Shown: piece by piece, positions 25,643-37,862 of the stretch
How the letters are laid out: each line of letters begins with the position of its first letter
Position numbering within the stretch: position 1 is the first letter of the stretch
Source of the DNA: Pecten maximus
Taxonomy: Eukaryota
Direction: 5' to 3'
Assembly (NCBI RefSeq): GCF_902652985.1
Contig: NC_047025.1
Coordinates: 35,278,001 to 35,342,000 of the forward strand
Length of the DNA stretch: 64,000 nt
Program-made: the position numbers and the translations under genes
The notes under the pieces: generated by a model
The model's database searches: none
What the model was told of the DNA's origin: nothing
The model's input: only the letters and a program-made list of their open reading frames with translations

Positions 25643-26738
25643 TTATAAGGGCTGAAAAATGTTATTTTTTGGAAATTGTGCTTAATTATGCTTGATTAAG
25701 CTTCATTTTAGTTCATTATTGCTCAAAAATGCATAAAAACAATTTAAAACTTGTTTATTATCAGGCTTGTCATATTCGAGGAATCAAGGGAGGTAACTCG
25801 CATATTTACCCATTTTAAGGGTGGGTTAATTAAGCATAATGTTAATGAGTCAGTGTAAATTGAAAAGATATGCTATGTTTTATAACAAACCCAAAATAAC
25901 TTATTGGGTATCTAACAAACCATATAGACCGAATTCTGGTTTGTTTTACCTGATTTATTACCCCGTATCCATGGAAACTATTACAGTAAGTGTTATTTTT
26001 TGAAATATTTGGTGAAACCATTATTTTCAATTTATTTATACATTGGTAAGCATGTAATTTCAATTGATGGAGTGTACGGTTGATACAATATTGTCAATTA
26101 TTGTCACTTCCTTCGGTAAAGCAGAAAAAATAGCATTTTCCGCATAAAATGGGATCAGCGGACACTTTCATATGATCATTGGTACATATCTGAATTACCG
26201 GGGTGGAAACAGATGACTGTGATGTCATAGGCATGACATTTTGAAATCTTGGATGTCATGTCATGATTTATCAGTTAGAATATTGCATGTGTTGCTAAGC
26301 TGAGGTTTGGAAAGGAATTTGGTTATTTATTATGACACCATTGAGTATTTATGACGTCATAGATACCATCTGATGACGTCATAGTTGCTGATGACGTCAT
26401 GGTTACCATGACGTCATATTACAAGGCTAAATTTGATAGTTGTATAGTATTTTTTGCTTGATTACATGCACAGAGACTCAAAGTACCACATTCAACTCAA
26501 AACACAACTTTATTCAAGAGATATACAGAATTATGGGAGTTTTCATCTTTAAAATTACCTCCCCTTATTACTGGATTGGGAGAAAAAGTTGTCAAAATAC
26601 ACCTCTCAGGGAAATCAGCAATACTCGGTGACTATTAAAGATACACAGTAACCCGATATGTCATTTTGTTCGTCGGAACATATTCTAGACATTCATGGGG
26701 TTTTTAGTAAAATTAGAATTAACGAAAGTGATGTATAA

Positions 26739-27387
26739 GGTAGCACACCACAGTAAGACAGCCTGGCCATGGGCAATTTTTTTGTTAAGCAAATAACTCC
26801 TGTATTATGATATGTATAAAAAATGAAAAAATAAATGTACACTATAATTGGTATATCCAGTATGAAGTAGTACATACAGGCTTCACATTTATTAAAACAA
26901 AAATCAATAAATTGGTTCCGGATTTTAAATATCCGGATTTTCCGAACGTGTGTTTACACAGGAAATTTAGTTTCGCCTACAGCGCAAAATGGAAGCCCAC
27001 AGAAAAGGTAAGATAGCGGAAAAACTTAATTTACAACATATGTCCAAACAAGATTAATTCTGTCTTTGGGATAGAGATATTTAATTTTAAATAGGTTTCA
27101 GAAAAAAAATTGTGTAGAGAATTGTGCCATTTTGGGTCAAATATCATAATATTTTGCAATTTTTGAGAATTTTTTAAGCTGTTACCATGGTATTCACAGC
27201 TCTAAAAATCACAGAAAATATCAGTTTACTTATCCTTCAGAGCTCTATTAAAATTGCAAATGTTGTACAGATTTCAAATATATATACTTTATTAGAGGTT
27301 ATATGTAAGGTTAACTGGCAATGTTTACATATCTAAAGCATGTGCCATATTTTTCAGAATTTGGCATTTTTACTGTACACTGCTACC
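26739..27387. mobile_element. MITE-like non-autonomous DNA element, copy 2
   Basis: Same termini as copy 1 and apparently identical sequence. Confidence 0.8.
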
Positions 27388-27526
27388 TTACACAGTGATG
27401 TAGGCATGAAAATCAGCCAACACAGTTATGTAGGCCTAAAAATCAGCCGACACAGTGATGTAGGCCTAAAAACCAGCCGACACAGTGATGTAGACCTAAA
27501 AAATCAGCCGACAGTGATGTAAGCCT

Positions 27527-28792
27527 AACAAGGAGCCACAAAGCTTGGCATTATCCCCGCGCCCCGCAGTTGGTATGAAAACCCAAATACATGTATATAT
27601 CAAGCTCAAAGTAAGAGTTATTAAAGTATAACTTTAAATGTATGTATTTGAGTTTGGCATCGTCCTTGAATGAAATAAAAACAACAAAATAACACAGAAT
27701 TGATGCAATATATACAAAATGATGATGATATTTATGTAGCAAAACAGGAAATTTAATAATAACTTTTTATGACCAAAGATAGTCCATATATAATGTTGAT
27801 ACATACAATAGTTATCTGAATTTTTTAGAGGTATATAATCAATTCTGAATTCTGATAGGCAGTTGTTGACACAACAAAACATAACAAAAGCTCTAATACC
27901 TAAATACGTACATTGTATAATTTGTATCTCATTTGTTGATAAGTACGACATCAACGCAGTTGTCCAAATTCACAAGTATCAATATGTGAGTATTGTAAAA
28001 CTGAACAGAAAGTTTCAAAGAGCTGCGCTGAACGGTTTTTGAGTTATAGCCCGGAAACAAAGGGAACAGTAATTTAGTATTTTTGACTAAGTTTCCATGG
28101 TGACAGAAAAAATACCGAAAATGAAAGGTCCGCAATAGCAAAAGGCACAACTAGGGCACTAGTCTGATATATACAGAAAGTTTCAAGGATCTGCGTTGAA
28201 CAGTTTTGGAACTATAGCCCGGAAACAAAAGGAAACAGTAATTTGGTATTTTTGATTAAGTTTCCATGGTGACAGAAAAAATACCGAAAATGAAAGGTCC
28301 GCAATAGCAAAAGGCACAACTAGGGCACTAGTCTGATATATACAGAAATTTTCAAGGAGCTGCGTTGAACGGTTTTGGAGTTATAGCCCGGAAACAAAAG
28401 GAAACAGTAATTTGGTATTTTTGATTAAGTCTCCATGGTGACAGAAAAAATACAGAAAATGGAAGGTCCACAATAGCAAAAGGCACAACTAATCTGATAT
28501 ATTCAGATAGTTTCAAGGAGCTGCGTTGAACAGTTTTGGAGTTATAGCCCGGAAACAAAAGGAAACAGTAATTTGGTATTTTTTACTAAGTTTCCATGGT
28601 GACAGAAAAAATACCGAAAATGGAAGGCCCGCAATAGCAAAAGGCACAACTAGTCTGATATATACAGAAAGTTTCAAGGAGCTGCGTTGAACGGTTATGG
28701 AGTTATAGCCCGGAAAAGAATCTCGGACGGACACACGGACGGACGGACGGAGCCCAATTTAATATCCCCCGCAAACGCGTTTCGCAGATAAA
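27527..28792 (+). mobile_element. HINE / pearl-like element inserted in the A-run of a 30-bp minisatellite unit
   Basis: 5' aacaaggag..., ~4.3 internal 160-169-bp repeats (28005-28712), (CGGA)n microsatellite, 3' palindrome cccccgcaaacgcgtttcgc. The host unit gcctaa|aaatcagc resumes on both sides. Confidence 0.8.
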
Positions 28793-29761
28793 AATCAGCT
28801 TACACAGTGATGTAGACCTAAAAATCAGCTTACAAAGTGATGTAGGCCTAAAAATCAGCCGACACAGTGATGTAGGCCTAAAAATCAGTCAACACAGTGA
28901 TGTAGGCCTAAAAATCAACTGACACATAATGTAGGCCTAAAAATCAGTCAACACAGTGATGTAAGCCTAACAGCCAACAGTGATGTATAGGCCTTAAAAT
29001 CAGCTGACAGTGATGTAGCCCTAAAAATCAGTCAACACAGTGATGTAGGCATGAAAATCAGCCAACACAGTGATGTAGGCCTAAAAATCAGCCAACACAG
29101 TGATGTAGGCCTAAAAATCAGCCAACACAGAGATGTAGGCCAAAAAATCGGCCGACACGGTGATGTAGGCCTAAAAATCAGCTGACACAGTGATGTAGGC
29201 CTAAAAATCAGTTTACAAAGTGATGTTGGCCTGAAAAAATGAACCAGTCAAAATTAAACAAGTTATCAGATATTTATACATATAGTGTATTACATTGCAT
29301 GGAAAAACAGAAACAGCTTCATCCAATATTCACAATTTACCAATCTTATCAGCAGATCAATACATTTCCCACATACTGCTTAATTGGATTTAAAAGTTGT
29401 TTAGTAAAGGAAACACCAATATAATACTCTATACTGTCTGAATATTTCATGAGGACTTATGAACACTTCATGAATAACTGATTAGTTTCTAATGATATAA
29501 TTAACAGATAACAAGCATCATTGGAAACTTATCACACAAAACCAAAAGCGGTAAATGAAACTAGTGACTGACTGATCATCATATAAAAACTTCCAACAAT
29601 TAGAGTATTGAATAATAGTAGATCTTTGTAAATCTAAATTACAGATTCTATTTTGAACATGCTAATTTTACAGTAAAAGATTGAGACACAATAAATCAAA
29701 TATACCTATTTTTCATTTATAACAGAGAGCATTTTCCCTTTTATACATTGATTATACATTT

Positions 29762-30862
29762 ATACCTTTCCTCTTGACACCTATTAACCTTTCCTATTGA
29801 CACCTATTAACCTTTCCTATTGACACCTATTAAACTTTCCTATTGACACCTATTAAACTTTCCTATTGACACCTATTAACCTTTCCTATTGACACCTATT
29901 AACCTTTCCTATTGACACCTATTAACCTTTCCTATTGACACCTATCAACCTTTCATATTGACACCTACTAACCTTTCCTATTGACACCTACTAACCTTTC
30001 CTACTGACACCTATTTACCTTTCCTATTGACACCTATTAACTTTTCCTATTGACACCTATTAACCTTTCCTATTGACACTTAATAACCTTTCCTATTGAC
30101 ACCTATTAACTTTTCCTATTAACACCTATCAACCTGCCCTATTGACACCTATTAACTTTTCCTATTGACGCCTATTAACCTTCCTATTGACACATATTAA
30201 CCTCTCCTATTGACACCTATTAACCTTTCCTATTGACACCTTTTAACCTTTCCTATTGACACATATTAACCTGTCCTATTGACACATATCAACCTGTCCT
30301 ATTGACACCTATTAACCTTTTCCTATTGACACCTATTAACCTTTTCCTATTGACACCTATTAAGCTTTCCTATTGACACCTATTAAGCTTTCCTAATGAC
30401 ACCTATTAACCTTTTCCTATTAACACCTATTAACCTTTCCTATTGACACCAATTAATCTTTTCTATTGACACCTATTAACCTTCTCCTATTGACACATAT
30501 TAACTTTTCCTATTGACACCTATTAACCTTTCCTATTGACATCTATTAACCTTTCCTATTAACACCTACTAACCTTTCCTATTGACACCTACTAACCTTT
30601 CCTATTGACACGTATTACTTTCCTATTGACACCTACTAATCTTTCCTATTGACACCTATCGACCTCTCCTACTGACACCTATTAACCTTTCCTATTGACA
30701 CCTATTAACCTTTTCCTATTGACACATATTAACCTTTCCTACTGACACCTATTAACCTGTCCTATTGACACCTATTAACCTTTCCTATTGACACCTACTA
30801 ACCTTTCCTATTGACACGTATTACTTTCCTATTGACACCTACTTACCTTTCCTAATGACACA
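29762..30862. repeat. 23-bp minisatellite
   Basis: Unit ttcctattgacacctattaacct. Confidence 0.97.
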
Positions 30863-32491
30863 TATTTTTGACAATATCCAGAAAAAGATGTTTTAAATGC
30901 CTTTGAACCTTTATCCTAGGTTTCCTGCGATAAGACGTTGAACAAACAAGAGGGGTGGGCTTATTGCATGACAATAAAATAGCACGTGGTGGTATTTTTC
31001 CTGAACTGCAATATACAGGGGTGGGCTTATTGCCAGACAAAGTCTGGAACAATACGGTAAACCAGTAAGATATTTTACTTTTATTTCCTCCTATTGGGTC
31101 TAGGTCTGTACCAGGGGAATCACACCCTCTGTTTATATAACATTGGACTCTCTTGGTCCACTCATGCTTTCAATCAATTAGCTCTAAATTTGATCATGGG
31201 CAGACTTTAAATCCATTTACTGATAAATGTTACTCATAAAGGACACGATGGTTTATCTTTTCCCTGCTGGTAAACTATACACACCAAACATTGAACTGCC
31301 TTGACTTTTACACATTTCACAAAAAGTTCTTTTTATAGGGACCACATCTTTAGAAAATATCCTGCAATATTTGAAAAATATGGCAAAACAGGTTTAATCA
31401 GATAGTTTTTACCAATCCATTTATAGACCACACCTGAAATAATTTCAAAACCCTGAGTAGTGACCTTTGACCTACATGCACTGGTAGTGTGCACTGTCTA
31501 CAAACAGTAAAAGTCAGGAAGGTCTCTGACAAAGCTACCAGAATTCTGTTGCTGCCATGATGAACATTGGAATCTTCTCTCTAGTGATGGAGAAACGATA
31601 TTATCCTTCAAGACCGATAGCTGTTTTATTTCCAAGAGCTACTTTGCCCTTCTCCCCACTAAATCTGCAGACTGTTCGAGGTCACACATAGGTAGTTGGG
31701 AGATTATTGGATCATAACCTTTTGCCTTTTCTACACTAGTGTAAGATTCCATTGTAACATTGGAATGTCCTTAAATCACTGATCACAGGAAGTTGAAGAT
31801 TTTATGTCTCCTATCTATTCCCCCCTGTAACAATGTGTATTGACTTACTCATAATCTCCAAGATCATGTACCAGTGGCTATAAATATCTACTTTACAGCT
31901 TTGTCTAATACATAAATTCTGTAATATCTTCAAATGATATTCACAAAGTAGCTTTGTCTAATACATAAATTCTGTAATATCTTCCAATAACATTTACAAA
32001 GTAGGGGCTGATGGGCTGACTTTTTATCCCTGGTTATTTCATGGTATCTCTGGTTATGGATAATGTACACACATTTGGACACATAATGATGGCAAGAGGT
32101 ACATTGGGCTTGTATTACCTGTTTTCAATACTGAGGAATGAACTGTTACATGGACATTAGTCTTTTGATCAAACAAAAATAACATGTTACTAAGGACCTG
32201 CATATCTTTTAACTTTTGCCATAGAAATCATGACAGAATTTAAAGATGGTTCCTTTACTAAGATTTTTATCTTAAATTATGTAATGCCTGTGGAAAACTT
32301 TAAGTTAAGCAGTTTCCTTAAGTTAACCAACATTGATGAAACTGGGGCCTGCTCTTTGAACATGCAAAGAACAAAATATCATTGCTGTGAGATGTAGATA
32401 TAATTTCCAAATGAGCAAAGCATCAATTCAATTTGTGACATCATAATCAAAACTTGGTATTGCTCTGAAATATAAATCAGTTATATGGTAT

Positions 32492-34565
32492 GTATCAATG
32501 GGAACTCTCCTGTGTTACGAGGAATAAACAAAGTATCAATGGGAACTCTCCTGTGTTACAAGGAATAAACAAAGTATCAATGGGAACTCTCCTGTGTTAC
32601 GAGGACAGGGTATCAATGGGAACTCTCCTGTCTTACAAGGAATAAACAAAGTATCAATGGAAACTCTCTTGTGTTACAAGGAATAAACAAAGTATCAATG
32701 GGAACTCTCCTGTGTTACAGGGAATAAACAAAGTATCAATGGGAACTCTCCTGTGTTACAAGGAATAAACAAAGTATCAATGGGAACTCTCCTGTGTTAC
32801 GAGGGTGAAGTATCAATGAGAACTCTTCTGTGTTACAAGGAATAAACAGACAAAGTATCAATGGGAACTCTCCTATGTTACAAGGAATAAACAGACAAAG
32901 TATCAATGGGAACTCTCCTGTGTTACGAGGACAGGGTATCAATGGGAACTCTCCTGTGTTACAAGGAATAAACAAAGTATCAATGGGAACTCTCCTGTCT
33001 TACAAGGAATAAACAAAGTATCAATGGGAACTCTCCTGTGTTACGAGGGCGAAGTATCAATGAGAACTCTTCTGTGTTACAAGGAATAAACAAAGTATCA
33101 ATGGGAACTCTCCTGTGTTACGAGGGCGAAGTATCAATGAGAACTCTTCTGTGTTACAAGGAATAAACAGACAAAGTATCAATGGGAACTCTCCTACGTT
33201 ACAAGGAATAAACAGACAAAGTATCAATGGGAACTCTCCTGTGTTACGAGGACAGGGTATCAATGGGAACTCTCCTGTGTTACAAGGAATAAACAAAGTA
33301 TCAATGGGAACTCTCCTGTGTTACAAGGAATAAACAAAGTATCAATGGGAACTCTCCTGTGTTACGAGGGCGAAGTATCAATGAGAACTCTTCTGTGTTA
33401 CAAGGAATAAACAACTCTTCTGTGTTACAAGGAATAAACAAAGTATCAATGGGAACTCTCCTGTGTTACGAGGGCGAAGTATCAATGAGAACTCTTCTGT
33501 GTTTCAAGGAATAAACAGACAAAGTATCAATGGGAACTCTCCTACGTTACAAGGAATAAACAGACAAAGTATCAATGGGAACTCTCCTACGTTACGAGGA
33601 CAGGGTATCAATGGGAACTCTCCTGTGTTACAAGGAATAAACAAAGTATCAATGGGAACTCTCCTGTCTTACAAGGAATAAACAAAGTATCAATGGGAAC
33701 TCTCCTGTGTTACGAGGACAGGGTATCAATGGGAACTCTCCTGTGTTACAAGGAATAAACAAAGTATCAATGGGAACTCTCCTGTCTTACAAGGAATAAA
33801 CAAAGTATCAATGGGAACTCTCTTTTGTTACAAGGAATAAACAAAGTATCAATGGGAACTCTCCTGTGCTACAAGGAATAAACAAAGTATCAATGGGAAC
33901 TCTCCTGTGTTACAAGGAATAAACAAAGTATCAATGGGAACTCTCTTGTGTTACAAGGAATAAACAAAGTATCAATGGGAACTCTCCTGTCTTACAAGGA
34001 ATAAACAAAGTATCAATGGGAACTCTCTTGTGTTACAAGGAATAAACAAAGTATCAATGGGAACTCTCCTGTGTTACAAGGAATAAACAAAGTATCAATG
34101 GGAACTCTCCTGTGTTACAAGGAATAAACAAAGTATCAATGGGAACTTTCCTGTGTTACAAGGAATAAACAAAGTATCAATGGGAACTCTCCTGTGTTAC
34201 AAGGAATAAACAAAGTATCAATGGGAACTCTCTTGTGTTACGAGGAATAAACAAAGTATCAATGGAAACTCTCCTGTGTTACAAGGAATAAACAAAGTAT
34301 CAATGGGAACTCTCCTGTGTTACAAGGAATAAACAAAGTATCAATGGGAACTCTCCTATCTTACAAGGAATAAACAAAGTATCAATGAGAACTCTCCTGT
34401 CTTACAAGGAATAAACAAAGTATCAATGGGAACTCTCCTGTGTTACAAGGAATAAACAAAGTATCAATGGGAACTCTCCTGTGTTACGAGGGCGAAGTAT
34501 CAATGGGAACTCTCCTGTGTTACAAGGAATAAACAAAGTATCAATGGGAACACTCCTGTGTTACA
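32492..34565. repeat. 41-bp minisatellite with 36/45-bp variants and local higher-order repeat
   Basis: Unit gtatcaatgggaactctcctgtgttacaaggaataaacaaa. The variant order recurs with a 321-bp offset (ORFs 32736/33057). Confidence 0.97.
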
Positions 34566-34711
34566 GAAATTGTACTGTTTTGTACAAGAATCTGCTAACA
34601 CCATGAAGGTGTAACATATTCTATAGGAAATACAAACAAATTAATACTCCTTACACTTGATATAAATTCCAGATGTCTTACTGATATGTACAGGACAAAA
34701 AATTACACCAG

Positions 34712-34781
34712 GGCCAGGTGGGGACTCAAACCAATGACCTTACTCCGTGACGGATGTTCTAGCCATTTCAGCTACCTGGCC
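34712..34781 (-). pseudogene. tRNA-derived sequence (SINE head or tRNA pseudogene)
   Basis: Minus strand reads GGCCAGG-TAGCTGAAATGG (A box) ... GGTTTGAGTCC (B box)-ca-CCTGGCC. The acceptor stem is preserved but the anticodon arm is disrupted. Confidence 0.6.
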
Positions 34782-35177
34782 ACTGGCAATAAGCCCAATC
34801 CAGTCTGCCACAAAAATAAACACGGACAATATCCTGATCTCAACCAACATTTGTGATTCCTTAAAATAGTGTTATTATACACACCCACTGCTATTTATGA
34901 TTTTCAATAAAACATTGTAGTGTCTTTTATAGCTGCATAAATGTGCTATTTTAGCCAGAAAGGTGGTGAGCACTGATCTATTAGTTCTCCTGGCTGCTTT
35001 CAATATTGTTCAAGCCTGTGTATTCCCTGTGAACAATAAGGCATTGTGTGTATGTGATCTGTATAAACAAAGGACAGCCTCTGCTTGGTAAACACAGGTT
35101 ACAAAATTTCTTATCACCAGATCAAGATGTACTGTTCCAACACACAGTTCATTGTGTTCATCAAAGTTCTCCTCATT

Positions 35178-35251
35178 TTAGACCTCCTCTACCTCCCAAT
35201 CATCGAACAGCATTATATTTCTTCCCAGCTGGTTGGTGATAAAGTTGTTTA
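35178..35251 (-). CDS. Candidate terminal coding exon of an unidentified gene (x-NNFITNQLGRNIMLFDDWEVEEV*, phase 1)
   Basis: Acceptor ctttaccctacag followed by protein-like unique sequence to TAA. No homologue recognised, and another phase (SKQLYHQPAGKKYNAVR*) is also open. Confidence 0.35.
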
Positions 35252-36722
35252 CTGTAGGGTAAAGCTCACATTTTAGTGGTTACTACCCACCTGTTTACTG
35301 TAGGGTAAAGTTCACTTTCAGTGTTTACTACACACCTGTTTACTGTAGAGCAAAGCTCACTTTTAGTGTTTACTACCCACCTGTTTACAGTAGGGTAAAG
35401 CTCACTTTCAGTGTTTACTACATACCTGTTTACTGTAGGGTAAAGTTCACTTTTAGTGTTTACTACCCATCTGTTTACTTAATGGTAAAGTTCACTTTTA
35501 GTGTTTACTACCCAACTGTTTACTGTAGAGTAAAGCTCACTTTCAGTGTTTACTACACACCTGTTTACTGTAGGGTAAAGTTCACTTTCAGTGTTTACTA
35601 CACACCTGTTTACTGTAGGGTAAAGCTCACTTTCAGTGCTTACTACCCACCTGTTTACTGTAGGGTAAAGCTCACTTTCAGTGTTTAATACACCTAATTA
35701 CTGTAGGGTTAAGCTCACTTTCAGTGCTTACTACACACCTGTTTACTGTAGGGTAAAGATCACCTTTAGTGTTTACTACACACCTGTTTACTGTAGGGTA
35801 AAGCTCACTTTCAGTGTTTACTACACACCTGTTTACTGTAGGGTAAAGCTCACATTTTGTGTTTACTACACACCTGTTTACTGTAGGGTAAAGATCACCT
35901 TTAGTGTTTACTACACACCTGTTTACTGTAGGGTAAAGCTCACATTTTGTGTTAACTACCCACCTTTTTACAGTAGGGTAAAGCTCACTTTTAGTGTTTA
36001 CTACACACCTGTTTACTGTAGGGTAAAGCTCACTTTCAGTGTTTACTACACACCTGTTTACTGTAGGGTAAAGATCACCTTTAGTGTTTACTACACACCT
36101 GTTTACTGTAGGGTAAAGCTCACCTTTAGTGTTTACTACACACCTGTTACTGTAGGGTAAAGCTCACATTTTGTGTTTACTACACACCTGTTTACTGTAG
36201 GGTAAAGCTCACATTTTGTGTTTACTACACACCTGTTTACTGTAGGGTAAAGATCACCTTTAGTGTTTACTACACACCTGTTTACTGTAGGGTAAAGCTC
36301 ACTTTCAGTGTTTACTACACACCAGTGTACTGTAGGGTAAAGCTCACTTTCAGTGTTTACTACACACCTGTTTACTGTAGGGTAAAGCTCACTTTCAGTG
36401 TTTACTACACACCTGTTTACTGTAGGGTAAAGCTCACATTTTGTGTTTACTACACACCTGTTTACTGTAGGGTAAAGCTCACTTTTAGTGTTTACTACAC
36501 ACCTGTTTACTGTAGGGTAAAGCTCACTTTCAGTGTTTACTACACACCCGTTTACTGTAGGGTAAAGCTCACTTTTAGTGTTTACTACACACCTGTTTAC
36601 TGTAGGGTAAAGCTCACATTTTGTGTTTACTACACACCTGTTTACTGTAGGGTAAAGATCACCTTTAGTGTTTACTACACACCTGTTTACTGTAGGGTAA
36701 AGCTCACTTTTAGTGTTTACAA
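35245..36722 (-). repeat. 45-bp minisatellite containing an acceptor-like site, ~33 copies
   Basis: Unit cacctgtttactgtagggtaaagctcactttcagtgtttactaca. Confidence 0.97.
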
Positions 36723-37377
36723 CTTTCGTATATTAACGATTCAGGTCCACCAAATCTGCTGTCACGTTTATTTAGTATCATACACTTGATCTGACATGCC
36801 ATTAATGCAGTATGACTAAGCAACATTTCTCATCTGCCAAAGATATTTCTCTCTAGATAAACTTCATCAAAAGAAATAGAAATTAACCAATGAATAAAAT
36901 TCAAAATGTAAAGACCACATTAAGAAAACTGGTTTTGTGACACCTGAAATGTAGGGCATTTAGTTTGTATGTACTAAGATATATATTAGTGGGTTAAATG
37001 TATTGCCACCTGAAATGTAGGATATTTATATTTAGATTTATATTAGTAAACACTTTAGTTTGTAACTTGTTTGGTCTCTACTACCAACAATCTTTCAATC
37101 ATTACCCAATTATTTCACTCAAACATTTCAAATTATCACTCTCCATACAGAATATAACTCTGGCAGGTTATTTCAAGGGCAAATTGAAAATTAAATGTCT
37201 TTAGAACATAATCATTTCTTCTTTAAATGACCTTCATCAAATTACAATTCTGCACATGACACTTGTTATGACACTCAATTCTCACAAACAGTTCAAGTTA
37301 AATGAACATGTGGAATACAAAACTTTAGATATAAGCAAATTTTAACAGTAATGTTTAGATATCAAAAAATTGTTAAA

Positions 37378-37862
37378 TTGACACATCCGTTGTAAAAATT
37401 ACATAAGTTGTTCTATAGACACATCTGTTGTACAAAACTACATAAATCTTTATATAGACACATATGTTGTACAAAACTACATAAATATTTATATAGACAC
37501 ATCTGTTGTACAAAACTACATAAATCTTTATATAGACACATATGTTGTACAAAACTACATAAATCTTTATATAGACACATCTGTTGTACAAAACTACATA
37601 AATCTTTATATAGACACATCTGTTGTACAAAACTACATAAACCATTATATAGAAACATATGTTGTACAAAACTTAATAAACCATTATATAGACACATATG
37701 TTGTACAAAACTACATAAATCTTTATATAGACACATATGTTGTACAAAACTGAATAAACCATTATCTAGAAGCATATGTTGTACAAAACTACATAAACCA
37801 TTATATAGATACATCTGTTGTACAAAACTATATAAATCACAACATAGACACATCTGTTGTAT
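37378..37862. repeat. 39-bp minisatellite
   Basis: Unit tatagacacatctgttgtacaaaactacataaatcttta. Confidence 0.95.

Larger units (their letters stand above)
24994..27387. mobile_element. Composite insertion: two direct copies of a 649-bp TIR element flanking a ~1.1-kb unique segment
   Basis: Copies at 24994-25642 and 26739-27387 keep a constant 1745-bp offset, and the ORF track gives identical translations (25062/26807). The block interrupts a 30-bp minisatellite at ...cagc-TTA|...|TTA-cacagtgatg. Confidence 0.85.
24735..29235. repeat. 30-bp minisatellite split into three blocks (24735-24993, 27388-27526, 28790-29235) by two insertions
   Basis: Unit cacagtgatgtaggcctaaaaatcagccga. Confidence 0.95.

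Noticed and set aside
24994-27387. LTR retrotransposon / TRIM interpretation of the 649-bp direct repeats
   Set aside because: No TG...CA termini, no 4-6-bp TSD, no evident PBS/PPT or gag/pol remnants. Each repeat has its own TIRs.
34712-34781. Functional tRNA gene
   Set aside because: The anticodon arm cannot be folded and the T-loop deviates (GGTTTGA). It is better explained as SINE-derived or a pseudogene.
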